Shown in pieces: positions 63,137-64,000 of a DNA stretch of 64,000 nucleotides. The notes beneath the pieces are model-generated. The model did not search any database, was not told where the DNA came from, and saw only the letters and a program-made list of their open reading frames with translations. The position numbers were made by a program, and so were the translations under genes. The stretch comes from Lytechinus pictus (taxonomy: Eukaryota), in assembly GCF_037042905.1 (NCBI RefSeq), contig NC_087245.1, forward strand, positions 18,044,001 to 18,108,000, written 5' to 3'. Within the stretch, counting starts at the first letter, position 1. The number at the start of each line of letters is the position of its first letter.

Positions 63137-64000
63137 ATCAAAGCAGAGGCAACCAACTGCCTTGCGTGAATTAAGGCATTTTTTTGTGCAAGTATAGGAT
63201 TAAGGATATAAAATTTAAGGTCATATAATTCATACAATATGAGTGGAAATGGAAATACTTTTTGTATCGACAAAACGCTGATAAATTGCTTTGGCAAACA
63301 TGATAACGACTAGCAGAATATCCAGCTTGAAATGTATAAAAGTTTTTTTTTTTTAATTTAACAATTATGATCATTTCATTTTTCGCCCTTTTTTTAAAAC
63401 TTGATATTAAAATCACTCTATATTTTGTAGCATATCAATCATCATCACATTGGTCAGATCATGCACAGAGGTTGTACCCTAATTAGTCATCAAAGATGTT
63501 ACAAGTAAAATATCTTAATGGCATTGACACTTAAGCATGACTTTCCATCATATGAACTTAATTATTTGTGAAACACCCACAGGTCATTAAGGTAATTACT
63601 TATCCAACGAACAGTATTGCAGACTCTGAATACTGTAAAATGCAAACTACACACGTATTCCATGCAGGCCTGATTCCATGTATTACAATTACAATCATTT
63701 TTTTGCGACACACACATACTAAACTGAAACCAGGAATAGAGGAAAGGTTCCTCTTTGTCTCATGATAAACCAGTAGTTAATTAATCAACCCCAACTATAA
63801 ATATCCACATTGTATTTAAATGCATTTACAAATATAGTTTATTTAGCTGTGATAAAAAATGAAACTATAACTGTATCACGTGTTTGAGCATAAAGAAAAT
63901 AAACTCCCATGGCAACTGTTTTAACTAGATTGTACAGAAAAATCACATAAAATGTAAACCTGTCTGAAAATTTTTGGAAAGATTCATGTGTACATGTAGT

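Overview
AT-rich eukaryotic (metazoan) genomic DNA; the repeat repertoire suggests an echinoderm such as a sea urchin (inference). Almost the whole window is one minus-strand spliced gene. I can assemble 20 coding exons with GT-AG junctions and consistent phases (57881->5012, 2718 nt, 905 aa). It encodes an oxysterol-binding protein-related protein of the ORP3/ORP6/ORP7 (OSBPL3/6/7) subfamily, with an N-terminal PH domain, an FFAT motif (EFFDAQE) and a C-terminal ORD carrying the EKVSHHPP signature. The promoter and first non-coding exon were not located. The introns are crowded with non-autonomous DNA transposons (Kolobok-, piggyBac-, Tc1/pogo-, PIF/Harbinger-, hAT- and CACTA-like), tRNA-derived SINEs, three Helentron/HINE-like elements carrying satellite arrays, and microsatellites. 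Most notable: (1) an intact-looking hammerhead ribozyme in the sense orientation of the pre-mRNA, inside a 111-bp insertion flanked by a 14-bp direct repeat in the 18.4-kb intron between the PH/FFAT and ORD halves; (2) a second, Penelope-type minimal hammerhead in antisense; (3) two tiny CATGG palindromes with 7-bp duplications that look like P-element excision footprints; (4) strong enrichment of TACATGTA; (5) perfect DR1 nuclear-receptor motifs repeated within the satellite arrays. Most entries in the supplied ORF track are spurious.
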